A stretch of DNA of 53,037 nt from Trichosphaerium sp. ATCC 40318 (GCA_038496445.1 JALMLS010000509.1:1-53037), one strand, 5' to 3'. Shown: positions 25,595-39,094, counted from the first letter of the stretch. Numbers and translations: made by a program. Notes: generated by a model not told the origin, from the sequence alone.

Positions 25595-26866
25595 ATGAAA
25601 GTTGTAGTTAGAACCGCTAAGGGCAATACATCAGTTGTTAATCTAAATGGAGCATTACAACCTACTTTGGCGTTATCTGGTATAAGGGCATTGCCTACAG
25701 AACTTATTAAGTATATTGCTTCTGAATATCTTGAATTTCCTTCTATATGCATGTTGGGAGGTACCAATAAGCGCATTCGCTCTGCAACGGATATTCCCGC
25801 CCTGTGGGCTAAAGGATTCAGTCAAAAAGAGCTAGAGCGGATAAAAGCTGGCAAGACTACAGTACGTTGTAGCGCAATTCTATTCAAGGTTCTTAACCAC
25901 CATAGGCACCGCCAAACCAGTCTTTACGATTTATCTACTGTTACAGACGCAACTGCCGTTTAAAATGCTTAACGGTGCTAAATAGATGCTACACGTTCAT
26001 GCACAAGCGAAATTGGGCACCCCCAGCACAATGTACGTTGTTCTAGCGTCTTTTTTCTGATAAGTTGTTTTGCAGTACAATCTATTGAGGCACTAGAAGC
26101 CCGATTAGATAAAAGATTACCCGAGGAATACAGGAGTTTACTAATGGTTCGTATCGCAAATTGTAAGTTTAGTAATTTAAGAAAGAATAACGATGGTCAT
26201 TGTACAACGCGACATCAAAAAAGTTCTACGTGGTCATCAAGGAATAGATCTAACGGTAAGATGACGAAAAGGACAAGAATAGCACTTGACCTTATTAGTA
26301 TACAAAAAAAACTTGTGACGCTAATGTACATTTTATGCTGTAGTATTAATCATTTACGCTAGGAAACTTGTTTTTGTTGGGAATTGGTGAAGTATCATCT
26401 AATGTACTAAACAAAAACGATGCTAGTACGCTTGAAAAAATAGTAATAGCGTATACTAAAGGATCTAAAGGTACGCGTAGTCATAAAATAAGTAGAAGCG
26501 GAATTAGAAATTGGCCTAAAAATATTAGCAACCCGACAAAATACAAAAACTTTTAAAAGTGTCATAATTATTGGTTATATTACTTTCAGTGTACTTTTAA
26601 CTTCCTTTTGAAAACTGTCTTTTTTGGACGTCGCGTTTAGCGTTGTTTGTTGTTTCTCCGGCCATTTGGGTTTTTTTGATTTTTTTTTTTTTGCAATGGT
26701 TTTTATTTTGTTCCGAAACGTCAAAGTATCTAGTTAGTTTACTTATTACTGCGTAGAGTGGTGTTTAGAAGTTAAAACAGGGAGAATATTTATTAGAGAT
26801 GGTATTTATGATGAGTTTAAAATTTATGATAATACATTCCATCTACTTCTATCTATGACTTCTTAA
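25595..26866 (+). CDS. F-box + SMI1/KNR4 (SUKH)-like protein, multi-exon
   Basis: F-box-like ALPTELIKYIASEYL..LGGTNKRIR..LW. SMI1/KNR4-like IEALEARLDKRLPEEYRSLL. Last exon WCLEVKTGRIF..NTFHLLL. Internal exon structure is uncertain. Confidence 0.55.
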
Positions 26867-27437
26867 CGGATTCGCAAAGATGAGAAAAAACGATTTGTTT
26901 TTCGGGGTTTTAAATATATTCAATATTGTAAAAAGAGAATGAAAAGTACTTGATTCCAAATTGATAAGACTAACTTTTTGACTCTTTCCATCACGTGTGA
27001 AAAAATAGTCAAAATACTGCGCAAAAAGAATAACAAACAAAAATACCGCGGAGAGGTTTTTTAGGCGGTTTATAAGAACGAAAACAAAGTTTTTTTTATT
27101 TTACGAGTTTACGGGTTCGGGTTAATCTTAGAGTTTGGGAAATAACTCGGATAGAATTGATATTATACTCCGAAACAGCGGACAAGAGATTGAATCTAAA
27201 TCACTTTAGAACGAACAACACTTTCCGTTTTAGGAACTATCGTTAATGTTACTCTAAAGGATTGTGGTGGCGTCTGGTACAAATAAATATCGTTTTCTTT
27301 ACCGTGTTCACTAAAATGACAGAAATAGATTACATGCTCTTTTTTGGTTTAAAAAACGAATCTAAAAATTGTGGAATTTCTACCATTATCTCAAATCTTA
27401 ACGAAGCGTACAACTCTACAAAAAAAAAACGGCAAAA

Positions 27438-27794
27438 ATGCAAGAATATAAACATGTTAACCCTGCCGCTACATACCTTCAAAATAAATTCGCTACTGCG
27501 CAACTAGCCCAAGGCGCCAAACCATTTATCATTGATGCTGGGAATTGTTTCGTAGTCCACTTCACAACCGAGGAGACGCCTGACTACTCACAAGTAAAAG
27601 CTGCGGTTTGCGACTACTTATCAAACAAAAGAACCTACAGACGCCAGCTACGAGATATGGAACCAAAACTGCGAGCATCTAAGCGCGTAAGCGCTAGCAA
27701 CAATTTTCGTGTACCTTGCGCGCCTGGAAGTTTACCAGGGGCCATCAGAAAACCAAGAGCAATACGACCAAAGCGTGCTAAGAAGATGATCTAA
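27438..27794 (+). CDS. Hypothetical 118-aa basic protein, intronless
   Basis: ATG-initiated ORF with higher GC than its flanks and a K/R-rich C-terminus. No recognised domain. Confidence 0.5.
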   Translation: MQEYKHVNPAATYLQNKFATAQLAQGAKPFIIDAGNCFVVHFTTEETPDYSQVKAAVCDYLSNKRTYRRQLRDMEPKLRASKRVSASNNFRVPCAPGSLPGAIRKPRAIRPKRAKKMI

Positions 27795-28362
27795 AAACCG
27801 AGCACCTAACGTCTCGAAATTCAACAAAACCGACTTCCCCTTAAAAATTTTTGGAAGTTTGTGTACATAAACCAAAACACTTGTAAATAACCTGTATAAA
27901 ACAAAAATCTACATAAAAATACCTATTGGAAGAACTATTTCTCGACTTGAGTTTTGTTTTATGAGAATCCAAATTTAGACGTTAATACCGCGGTAAAAAA
28001 AAAAACCGAGAACTGTAACCCCCAAACCACCTAAACCAGCGCGATCTTGAGAAGTTAAAGATGTTTTCATCTTGTTCTTTGTTTAACAACACAGTATCTC
28101 CACGGAGCGCCGAATATAGATCGCGAATCTAAGTTCCGAATTTGCTACTTGATGTCGTCACGCAGTATTTTTTCGATACTCCAGTCTATTTTAGCTTATA
28201 GTCGTAACTACGTTACTATTTTAAACACATACGCTAGGATAATGATTTGGATGCGTTCTTTTTTTGGTTTGAAAGAGTTGACGCGATAAAAAAAACCAGT
28301 ATGTTTTGGTTCGACTTTGGTTTGAACTTTTTTCTTCTTTGTTGGTTATTCATTGGTTTGGC

Positions 28363-31300
28363 ATGGGAGACAAGCGTTTATTGTATCAGTTGATACTGAG
28401 GTACGCGCGTTTTGCTTTTTAAACCGTCTATGAGCAAGCTGTTAAAGTTAGATAGCCAACTGACCGATGATGGGTTCGCTAGCGTTGCTGCGGCAGTGTC
28501 AGAAGCAACTATGACGCCAAACCCAAATAATTTCGAGAGGTAACGTTATAACGTGTATATTACTTTGCTAAATGCGCTCTGTAGAGATAGATTGGATTCA
28601 CTTGTAAAACTAGCATTAAATACAGAGAAAGAGAAAGGATTATTCACAACAGGTACCAGCCCATGTTACATGTAACACGCGTCGTTAATTACAAATAATA
28701 AGCTGGTGGAAAAGAAGAATCCCTTGGAACAGGACCAATTGGCTCACGCATAACTATGGGCCTTGATTTTGAACGCGAACAACAAAGTAATATCACCAAC
28801 CAACAACAAAAGTCATTTATTGCAAAATGTCACTTTCCAACTCATCCTACGCCACAAAATGACTGTTTATACCCTTAAATTTGATTAATTCATCAATGAA
28901 ATGACCTAACGTTTAAAAATCCCAGCTGGCCCTAGAATACCTCCATACCCAGAATACAACACGCGATTCGTAACCTCACACCAACAGCCTTGTCGTACAG
29001 CAAAATTTAGTCCTGACGGTGCGTTTTTTATCGAAAAAGAAACGAAAACTTTTTTCATTTGTCGGAAGGTCAATTTTCGGCTTACGCGTTTCACAAGGTA
29101 AAATGGTAGCGACTGGATCATTAGATACATCGATTAAATTACTTGACGTATCAAAAATGCTCGCTTTTTCTCGTGTACGAGAAGCAGATGATAATACACA
29201 GGCTAAACCTGTGATACGCACGTTTTATGATCACGTTGATGTAAGTTTACGACATTTTTACACAAAAAAACCGCCACGTCAGATCGTTTGATCTAATTTT
29301 AACGAAAACGTTATTTCTCGCTAGCGAGAACACATGATGCATGTTTTCGAATAAAACCGGTTTGCAAGAAACGAACTGGTGGCGAGCGATTACACGTATT
29401 TTTTTGTTTGGAGTTTTTTTTTTTCGATTCCGAAACGATTTTTTTTGTTTTGTGGCCAAGAAAATACTTTGTATTGCATTTTTAGGGTATCTGATACTCA
29501 CTGCTTTATTTAGCGTATCAATGACGTCGATTTTCATCCTACACTTCCGGTTCTAGTGTCTTGCTCAACGGATACTACCATCAAATTTTATGATTACAGC
29601 ACAACTGTTAAACGAAGTTTTAAATTCTTACAGGTAATAATTAATTTACTTTGCATTCACATTCACAAACAAACAAATCCGAACTTATGTCATTTTGTGT
29701 GACAAAAAAAAACTACTACCAAACGTTTACCCCTAAATACCAAAAAAGTTGAAATGTATTTTTGTCACCTATTTGTGACAAAAAAAAAAAGGCGCTAAAT
29801 TGTTCCAAACAAAGCATTTTACGCCTTTATTACCAACTAAAAAACTAACGGTATGCCCTTTACAGTTAATTTTTATCATACGTTGAAAATAGACACAAAT
29901 TTTTTTTTGTCACTTTTTTTAGCTCCTCTTTGTCTCATCTCCAATATTTTTCTATTTAAAATAACTGCAAGGAGTTAGATAGTGTTGTAACGGATTTTCT
30001 TTAGGATACTCATAACATCCGTTCAGTTCAAGTACATCCTTCCGGAGAGTTCATCTTGGCGGGAACACAACACCCTATGCTACGCATATATGACATAAAC
30101 AAGGAGGTACTACTATCTATCTATTGATAGAGGCGGGTTTTTTGAAATTCCGTCCAGGGTTAAGACTTGTTCTAATCTTGCAAGTTTTTTTTTTCTCTCT
30201 TCTTAAAGTGTTAACTTTGATTTTAAAGCGTGCATATGTTACAGGTGATCCAAAGGATAACCACATGGGTCCTATAAACCAGGTATGGAGATAATTTTTT
30301 TTTTTTCCTTTGTAATTATTACGACAAGAACAATTTTCGGAAGATACACGTGTTTTTAAGCTATTAGTTTCGATTACGCTTGTTGTGTTGTAAGCGGTAT
30401 TTCTCAAGTTTTCTTCTAGGCCAGGTATTCCTCTGATGGTAAAATGTATGCTAGCGCATCTAAGGATGGTTCAAGTACGTTCAAGACACCAAAGGGAGTC
30501 AAAGAAAACGAGTGTTCTTCCTTGATACCAAATTTAGTGAAATTCTTTTCTTACATTCTTATACTCAAGTCATACGAAAATCGGGTTTTTTTTAGGAGAA
30601 AATTTTCTTTAAGTTTTCTCTTTCTTCTCTTCTCTCGTTTGAATTAGCGCTATATTTATTAACAAACGCTATTTAACTAGTTAAACTATGGGATGGTGTT
30701 ACCAATAAGTGTATTGATACGATAGCAAAGGCACATGAAAATTTGGAGGTACAAACTTGTATTTTTAGCGTTTTGGAATTTCACTATTTTTCGCTCTTTG
30801 TTGTATTCTTGTGTTTGTTTTCTATTGTTTACTTGTGGTTTTTTTCTTCTTCTGATGTTTTGTTTAGGTGTCTTCAGTTCAATTCTCTAGAAATCGTAGG
30901 TATCTCTTGACAGGTGGTAGAGATGGTAGTGCAAGGTTATGGGATGTAGCTACGCGTATGTGACAACCTTATAGAAGTTTGGCAATTTAAACGAAACGTT
31001 TAAATATAATCTTTTTTTTTTGTAGTTTCGAAGTATTGAATGTTTTGTGTTTAGGTAAACAGCTATCCAAAATTTTATTCGGTCAGTATGGTCAACCGTT
31101 ACATAATAGGCTACAGGCATGTTTTTTTGCTTTTTGTGTTTTGTTAAAACGTTGTAACATTTATTTAAAAAGGTTTGTTTCAATTGGAACGAAGATTTTA
31201 TTTTGGCTGCTGATGAGATGTCTAATTGTGCTGTTGCTTGGAATACGCGAACAAGTGAACATGTACAACGTCTTCAAGGACATACACAACTTGTCAGGTA

Positions 31301-31531
31301 TTTAATTTGGCATAATGTCCTGTATTCCTAGGACTGTAGCCTAATCCTAATCGGGATTTTTATTTTTTATTTTATATTCATTTTTACCAAAAAAGAGCAT
31401 GTTGAAGGTTTTGTGTTTGTTAACATTCGTTATTTAGATGGATTTGTGCGTCTCCTGTAGACCCTTATTGTATTACATGTAGTGACGATAACAGAGCACG
31501 ATTTTGGGTTGAAGAAGCTAATGCGCTTTAA
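28363..31531 (+). CDS. CSTF1: Cleavage stimulation factor 50 kDa subunit (WD40), multi-exon
   Basis: N-terminal LYQLILSQLTDDG, then [45 protein letters not shown] and [11 protein letters not shown]. Confidence 0.92.
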
Positions 31532-31935
31532 AACCAGAGCAGTGCTATCCATACATTGTAACAAAACACAAAAAAAAAAAGATGAAACAGATCGAGATGA
31601 GGGTTAAAAAAAACAAACCAAAACTGAATCAATCATGAGGGATTGGTGTAAGGAAAACAACCCCACAGGTTTCGGCGGAATCCCGAGTGTATTAACAAAA
31701 CCCCAAAACTGTTTTTTTCATGAAGTTCGTTGCAAAAGTCACAGTTTCTGAAAAAAATAATAAAAAAAACCTTTATTCCAATACCCTACTTTGATAAGAG
31801 TCTGCAGCACGCTGACGCCATTCAACGCAAACAAGAAAGTACACAGTGAGTCTTAGGTACTGAAAGCTCAAATCTATGTGGTTTTAACTGGCGCTTGTGG
31901 CTGTCAGTTTTGGAAGAGTCTACAATAATTGGCTT

Positions 31936-32487
31936 CTACAGTTCATTTTTTATTTCCGCTGGCGCTTGCCATACCATTTTATAGTACAGCGAATTGAAAT
32001 TAATCTTTTCTTCCGGAAGATTTACAAACTCAAACCCAAGACGCTCATAAAAACGAATTGCATAAGTGTTACTTTTTGCAACAGATAATGTTATCGCATT
32101 CCTTCCCTTCAAGTGATATTGAACAAACCCCATAATCTTTGAACCAAGACCTTGACCTCTAAAGTCAGGTAGTAGACTTATATCAACAATATGCAAAGAT
32201 TCATCACGTGATGAAACAAAAAGTCTTCCAATTGGCGCTTGATTAATAGTGACAATCCATTTTTTTACGTTTTTCATATTATCATGTTGAGTGTTTTGTG
32301 ACTTGTATTGTACTTCTAGAATTTGGTTTCTTGCAATCTCTGGTAAGGTGTCAAACTCGTTTCTTGTTGAATAGAATAGTTTTCGAACAAAATCATGGTC
32401 CTTGGTTGTATATGGTCTTAAATGCATTTCTTTATTGTTTTTAGCGTAGTCAAGGAATATTGGAGCGCTATCTGCTTTGTTGTCCAT
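31936..32487 (-). CDS. GNAT-family acetyltransferase, bacterial-like, intronless
   Basis: LRPYTTKDHDFVRKLFYSTR, IGRLFV, HIVDISLLPDFRGQGLGS and AIRFYERLGF. Confidence 0.88.
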   Translation of the reverse strand: MDNKADSAPIFLDYAKNNKEMHLRPYTTKDHDFVRKLFYSTRNEFDTLPEIARNQILEVQYKSQNTQHDNMKNVKKWIVTINQAPIGRLFVSSRDESLHIVDISLLPDFRGQGLGSKIMGFVQYHLKGRNAITLSVAKSNTYAIRFYERLGFEFVNLPEEKINFNSLYYKMVWQAPAEIKNEL

Positions 32488-32917
32488 TAATAGGTTATAA
32501 GAATCCTTTTCTGGTGCCGAATAGGCGATAGCGATGCCTATGGCAAAGAATAAATACTATTGAACAAATATAGTCTAAAACGCTTTCACTGCGTTGTCAG
32601 TACCTATTAATGCAATTACAATGTAAAAGAAGGTGGCTTGCATGGTGCAGTCCAAAAGTAGTTGAGCTCTAAATAAAGGAGCAATAGTGACTTAAACTCA
32701 TGCTCTGATAAGTCAACCCAGGCAGACACTTCGTAACATGCTAGAATTATATTATTGTACAGTATAGTATAACTGTATGGAAAGTCAGTTGATCTTGTTT
32801 TACACAAGGCTTGTACATTGCTGACAAATAAGATTGGGCAACGAACTCTATGAACTTAATTTTTCTTTTTGATTTTCGACTACATTTTCGACTTTTTATA
32901 CAAAATATGCTCATTTG

Positions 32918-35900
32918 TTATGTTATGAACCCTGATATAATACCACCCAAAACGAAGAATCCTACTAAAACACCCAGTACTAGATTTTACAAAAAATAAG
33001 ATAATGATAGAAACAAAAAAAAAAAAAAAAAAAAAAAAAGAAATGAGGTGATGATGCCGTACCTATCCAAACAACTTTACTAGTTCCTGTGGATTTACTA
33101 CTGTCATCATCATCATCTATTTCTCCCACTTTACGCGGTATGCATCCAATCATCTTGTCAGCAGCTATCTAAAACAAAAAAAAATTGGTGAGTGTTTCAT
33201 ATCAAATTAAGCTCAACATTGTACACCATTTTCACGTGTTTCAAAGTCAGCTTTTATATTTTTTTTGAAAATCAACTTACACGTTCGTATCTGTACGCTC
33301 CTGTACGCCTGTCTGATGTCGAAGCGATCAACGCAGTGTATTGGTAATCAGGTTTAAGAAAGACAGCAAAAGGAGATTGAGAAGCAACGAAATAATTGAC
33401 ACAAATATCGTCGCCGTTTGTGTTGTCTTCACTATTACCCAATGTTAAAATAACCAGTATAAACATTTGTCTAATTAACTTACTCATATAGGGTGATACC
33501 AATACTAGTTAGAGAACTTGTTTGAACACCTGTACATCCAGAAGAAGCAATGAACAAAAACGGCCAAACATCTTTGTTTGAGAATTCATGACTTGTCATG
33601 AATAGGTCGCTATCAAAGTAGTTTATTTTGCTATTGCGAACTCTGCAAAGGAATTCATTTGTATATGAATCAGTTGGGTTCTCCCAAATATCATTTGTCT
33701 ATAAAAGAAGAGTAAGATAAGTTGAAGAAGAAAAGAAGAAAAAAAGAGGAAAAAAGTAAGACCAGTATTTCTTTCAGCTTTTATAACTGGATAATAAGGT
33801 CGTACCACCGTGACTTCTTTACATGTCTCTTCAATTGGTTTTATTATAACGAATATACGAACTAATAAAAAGTTAGTTGTTTTGACAAAACTGTAGACGA
33901 ACAAAAATAAAATACAAGTAACTTTTTTTAGTTGAAAGAAAAACAAAACACAAAAAACTTACTATTTCTTTCAGACCAAAAGGTAGGGTCCAAGTGAATA
34001 TACGTTGTATACACTTCCCCAACATTTGCAATAAAACTTGTTATTGATGGTACACCACCAACAAAATCCCCTCTCGTAAAGCGAGTAGGCTCTTGACACT
34101 CACTAGCTGTGACTATTTAATGTTTATTAGATTTGCGGAATACTTCTTCTTTGTGTTACGCACAAGTTTGCTTGAAGCAATCTGCATCATGAGAGCCCCT
34201 GACGAACTTATAGGAACCACGAAGTGGTCTAAAATAGGATAAGAGGTATGTTCGTATTATTCCAAATAGAGAAAATAGAAGGATATCTCAATGTTGGTTT
34301 GCCGGGCAATCAAAAAAAAAAAAAAAAAGAAGCTAGTTGGTACTGATTTATTTTTTGGAAAAGCTTATCTGGTATGTTTGACGTACTTGCTTTTACCGTC
34401 TCCATCTTGTGTATGTATTGAGAACTCATATTGTATTGACTTGGAAGGTTCCCAAGAGTGGAAGTAATACCCGAAATTATTATTGCTGTTTGGATAAGCA
34501 CTTTGACAATCATTACAACGTTCATAAAACCTATGTGGTAAAATCTATGTTAAAAAAAGTGATATAAATATATGTAATGGTATATGTAGTACACTGGAGT
34601 GACGGAGCTTGGGAAAACGTTGAATATTGGAGTGATTTCCTCTACCTTAAAGAAAACGTTGCCTAAAAGTTTATGTCAAAAAAATCATTGAATGTTTCAT
34701 GCAAAAACTGACCTTGCCCACGTGATCTTCTTGGTACGATCAATGTGTAGTCATCAGTTGTTACCCCATTATAAAATATAGGTACTAACGCTGTTCTGCC
34801 ACTTATTGAATTGGATATCGAGACTCTACAACAAGCAACAGTTAGACAAAAAACTATTGAACCTAATTGTAATTTGTGGATTTTTTTGGGTATAGATTTT
34901 CATAGTACCCTGTACACGTGCAATGGTTATTGAAAGATATCTGCCTGACATGAAAACTGGCGGAATAAATCCCCCAACCATTAGATCTGTATACTACAAA
35001 GCATTAATACACAGAATCGTTTTTGTATTTTTTTTTAACTTCACTTTCTTGTCTTTTTTTTGCTAAGAGTCAGAGGCGTACCTGTTATTTGTACAGCATT
35101 TGTTGACGATTTTTTCGTATGTGAGAACGTAATGTAATCAGTTTGACCGGACCTGTAATATAGAGTTAAAAAAAAGCATACCAAGTCGATGTATTGACTA
35201 TGTTTTTTTTCTTGTCCCGAAGGAAAACTTGAGTTGCTTACGAAGATGTACAGCTTTGGCCTGCCGAAGCCTCGTACTCAAGAGAGCAAGTACCAGTGTT
35301 TAAGGGAGTACAACTAGAATGTATCATCCTTCCACCGTAGTAGGTAACTTTTCCGTTATCTACTAGCGGTTCTGATGGTGCTAGAGTTGTAGGGCTTAGT
35401 GTCGGTGTAGGTAGCTCTGTGCATTGTGATCCAGTCCATCCATCATTACAACGACACTCAGATTCACTAATAAAAGAGCAGTTACCATTACCACAGTCTC
35501 CAGTACAGATTCCTAAACCAAGTGTTAATCGGCAATAAGCTGAACTCTCTTTTGTTTCAAAAAAAGTACTCACGTTGAAGCATGTATAACGCATTCTTAG
35601 AGTCAACGAATATAATGTGATCCTTGAATGTTGAAAGGGATATTATAGGTGCATTATGTCGATATACTAAGCGGTAAGGTGAGTTCAAAGAGGTGTTGTC
35701 AATTTGTTGAGAAAAAAAAACCCAATAACCTTCATCTGTTGTTGTTGTACTAACTATACGAATCCTGCGTCCACTATACTCACAAAACGCGAATTGTCTT
35801 TCGTGTAAATGTACAATAACACGTGGACCATTTAGAGAAGGAAGTGAAGAATCTTCCGATTCAGCAATACCTGTACCATAGTGCTTGTATGAAGAAGATG

Positions 35901-36990
35901 CCACTAATCTGTTTTAAAAAAAACCGGAAAGAAAAAACTGCTTGCAAAAAACTAACGCACCTTCTAATGTCTGTAGGCTGTATGTTATTCTTTGTCCGGG
36001 TGTGTCGATCCACTAATAAAGCAAAAAATCAGTGTCTTCTACATTGTGGTTGTACTGAATACTTACAGCGAAGTAACCTTCCGGTGATACAGCTACAGAA
36101 GAAGGACGTTGTATTAAACTAGTAGTTATGGGCAAGCTTGGTGGTGTGCATTGATTCTTTGTACCACCCAAAACTTTAGATATATTAAGTTTGTTTATGT
36201 TCGCAACAACACAACCAAAAGCCTCAGCCACAGTGATACCTTCAATTGGTTTTGTTAAAAATTAAATCACACTTTTTCTTCAATGAACAGGCCGGTACCT
36301 TTCTCATCCACGTGAACACTTACAGGTCCAGAAACATCATAAATGATGACTCCATTGCCATCATATGTTTTTCCTATTGCTATTTCCCAAATACCTGGCA
36401 AACGTTGTAAAATAGAAGCTCAACGATGACTTGTTGACGAAACAGTTCTAAATATGAAAAAAATTTAGAAAAACTAACCTGTAGTCAAGCTGTAAGAGGA
36501 TATTCTATCTCCATCTCTTTCTGCGACATACAGCACTCCATTATACAACGACATTCCGGCTGTTGAGTTTCATTTAACAACAAGTTCATACTTTCCTGTT
36601 CAAACACGTGTACCTGCGCCATTAAGTCCTCCAGAAGGATGTGAAGCCGTTAGATCAATTACTGTTACATTGCTTGAATCAGTAATGTTGGAGCCTTGTC
36701 TTTTGGGTGTTAGACTCATACAATTGTTGTGACGTACTCTAAAAACGAGTTTTCAAGTTCTAGTAGAACATCTAGGCCGTTTACATTATTGCTCTTTGCT
36801 GTTACAAATAATCTGCCTTCGTTTGTTGCTAAGACACCACTACGTATGTATTTAGATACATTAAACGTATTTATTACTTTATGGTTGTCCCATGGGTATA
36901 AACTCGGGTAGCGTTGCTGATGAATGCTCCATGCGATACAGAGATTGCTATCAATACAAGAAGCGTATAAATAACGGGCGTTGCGCCCAT
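32918..36990 (-). CDS. Large surface protein: signal peptide, NHL/beta-propeller-like repeats, EGF-like domain, PT-rich linker, C-terminal hydrophobic anchor; multi-exon
   Basis: Signal MGATPVIYTLLVLIAISVSHG, propeller-like RPSSVAVSPEG, EGF CGNGNC..CRCNDGWTGSQC, PTPTLSPT linker and C-terminal VVWIVLGVLVGFFVLGGII. Confidence 0.7.
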
Positions 36991-37462
36991 AGTATTACTT
37001 CGTACCACTGCATGCCTTAAACGTCATTAATTGAATTGTACGCTTAAGGTTTCATTGCCAAAGATTGTTCAATGCAAACTTCCTTCACGTTCTCATCGTT
37101 ATTTATGTTACACGTTCCTAGCAGACAAGGTAAAAACATAACACAACAACAAAATGTTGCTCGCAGGCAACTGAGGCCAAGACAAGACTTAATTCGGCGT
37201 CTGTGGTATAAAGATAGTGCGTAGGCTTATTACCTTAGTTTTTGCAGTACCACTTGATTTTTCGTGTGACACCTCCAACACATTTGACACTTTACACTTT
37301 TGCATACGAGAGGTACATTCTTTAGTGTACGTTATCTGCAGATGCCATTTTTACATTTTTTTTAATGAACTATCCAAAAATGTTCCACAAATCCTTTTTG
37401 ACCAAAGCGTCAGCGATTCCCGGGGACCTCATAACAGTATAGCACAACTCGAGCGTTAGTAA

Positions 37463-39094
37463 ATGCTCTGGTTTCTTTTCAGCTGCATTCTGCTCTCGTA
37501 TTCCACAATACACCTCGTACGCGCAGAAACGACTTTATATGGCAACTACACAACGGATTTAACTCTTACAAGCGAAAACAGTCCCTATATCATTAAAACC
37601 CATGTAGTCTTCTTTAATGCGACTCTTTTTATTCGTCCTGGCGTCACATTAAAGATTCAAACAAATACCTGCGATACGAGCGGCACAAACGCAACAACAA
37701 TTACGTTTATGCGGAATGCGAGAATGGAGATTGCTGGCAATCATACACACCCTGTGACCATTAAAAAGGATGGTGGCACGAATTGCAAGCTTCCCATTTG
37801 GTTTAGTGATTTGGCTCCGTCTTCCTTTGAAAAACCACCAGTATGGCGTCACGTCAGCTTCGAGAACATTGCTCTTTCAAATCTGAACGAAACAATAATG
37901 AAAAATGTCAACTTCAACAATACGCGTCTATCTCTACTACCTACATCAGGGAGTGGCCAACAGGAGCTCGTGTATCACATGGATAGTATTGTTGGTACAG
38001 ATGTTCAACTAGAAGCGAGGCAGGAGCATAAAGTATACATTTCATCGAGCTCTTTTACAAACATCGAAATGGTAGATGTTGGTGTTCAGTACACAGGTTG
38101 TAATGTACAAATCTCTTCTTCAAATATCACATTGAATGCTCCTGTGGATATATGTGGTATCTATATAGACAGTCAAGTGGTAGCGGAAGAGCAATTCTCA
38201 AATATAATAGTAAATGGTGCTGATAACTCAGTATTTCGCTCTTTTGCTCATAACCGCGGATTCTCAATACTTATTGTTCCTTTATTCCAAGATGTAATAA
38301 ACAGTGAGTTTGAGGGTAAGAACTATGGAGATATAGGTATTTTAGGAGGCTCATTTTACAATAATTCAGTGGATACTGTTGGCAATATTATATTCGAAAA
38401 GAGATCAGATAGCCTCAATGGCTCAATACACAATAACACCTTAATGTCAGGTGCTGTAATTTATATATATGAATCACCTTATACTACGTATAATAACGAG
38501 TATACTTCAAGATATAGTGTTCACCTACAAAAAAAGAATTTTGAGTACAACAAGTTTAAAACGGGAAAAGTTGTTGTACAGAAAATTACAGAAATACGAA
38601 AGACTGCATTCTTGGATTCTACCCGCCTTCAACTTGGCAATCAAAATGTGGACGCTAGTGGTAATTATTGGGGTCATGAAGCAACTGTGGATATTGCGTT
38701 GAATCGCACTTGTGATTTCTATTGTAGCGGTGAGATGGGGAACGTTACTATAACAAATGTACTGTCATACATTCCAACTTGGAGTAGCACTCCCACTCAA
38801 GAACCTACATTGTCACCTACAACATCTCCACCTATACAATCACCAACAAAGCCACCGAGTCCGTACATGACGCCCTCATTGCCACCTGAATCACCAACCG
38901 GTTTACCTGTAATTGTTCCAAGTAATTCGCCAATGACACCAACTGAAGCTAATGTTAGTGATACTGAACACAAAGTGTTGGTAATATTTACCTTTGTAGT
39001 TGTGGCAGTTGCAATATTAATAGCTGGTAGTATATCAATGGCAGCATTCTACTATGTAGTTGTAAAAAGGCGTAATGAGTATCAAGAACTATAA
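37463..39094 (+). CDS. Intronless type I membrane protein with parallel beta-helix-like ectodomain
   Basis: 543-aa ORF with signal peptide, DLTLTSENSPYII..TLFIRPGV, VDASGNYWG, a P/S/T-rich stalk, a TM segment and cytosolic tail RRNEYQEL. Confidence 0.85.
   Translation: MLWFLFSCILLSYSTIHLVRAETTLYGNYTTDLTLTSENSPYIIKTHVVFFNATLFIRPGVTLKIQTNTCDTSGTNATTITFMRNARMEIAGNHTHPVTIKKDGGTNCKLPIWFSDLAPSSFEKPPVWRHVSFENIALSNLNETIMKNVNFNNTRLSLLPTSGSGQQELVYHMDSIVGTDVQLEARQEHKVYISSSSFTNIEMVDVGVQYTGCNVQISSSNITLNAPVDICGIYIDSQVVAEEQFSNIIVNGADNSVFRSFAHNRGFSILIVPLFQDVINSEFEGKNYGDIGILGGSFYNNSVDTVGNIIFEKRSDSLNGSIHNNTLMSGAVIYIYESPYTTYNNEYTSRYSVHLQKKNFEYNKFKTGKVVVQKITEIRKTAFLDSTRLQLGNQNVDASGNYWGHEATVDIALNRTCDFYCSGEMGNVTITNVLSYIPTWSSTPTQEPTLSPTTSPPIQSPTKPPSPYMTPSLPPESPTGLPVIVPSNSPMTPTEANVSDTEHKVLVIFTFVVVAVAILIAGSISMAAFYYVVVKRRNEYQEL

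Noticed and set aside
31636-31686. GGGATT...AATCCC potential hairpin after CSTF1
   Set aside because: The stem is only 6 bp, which is expected by chance.
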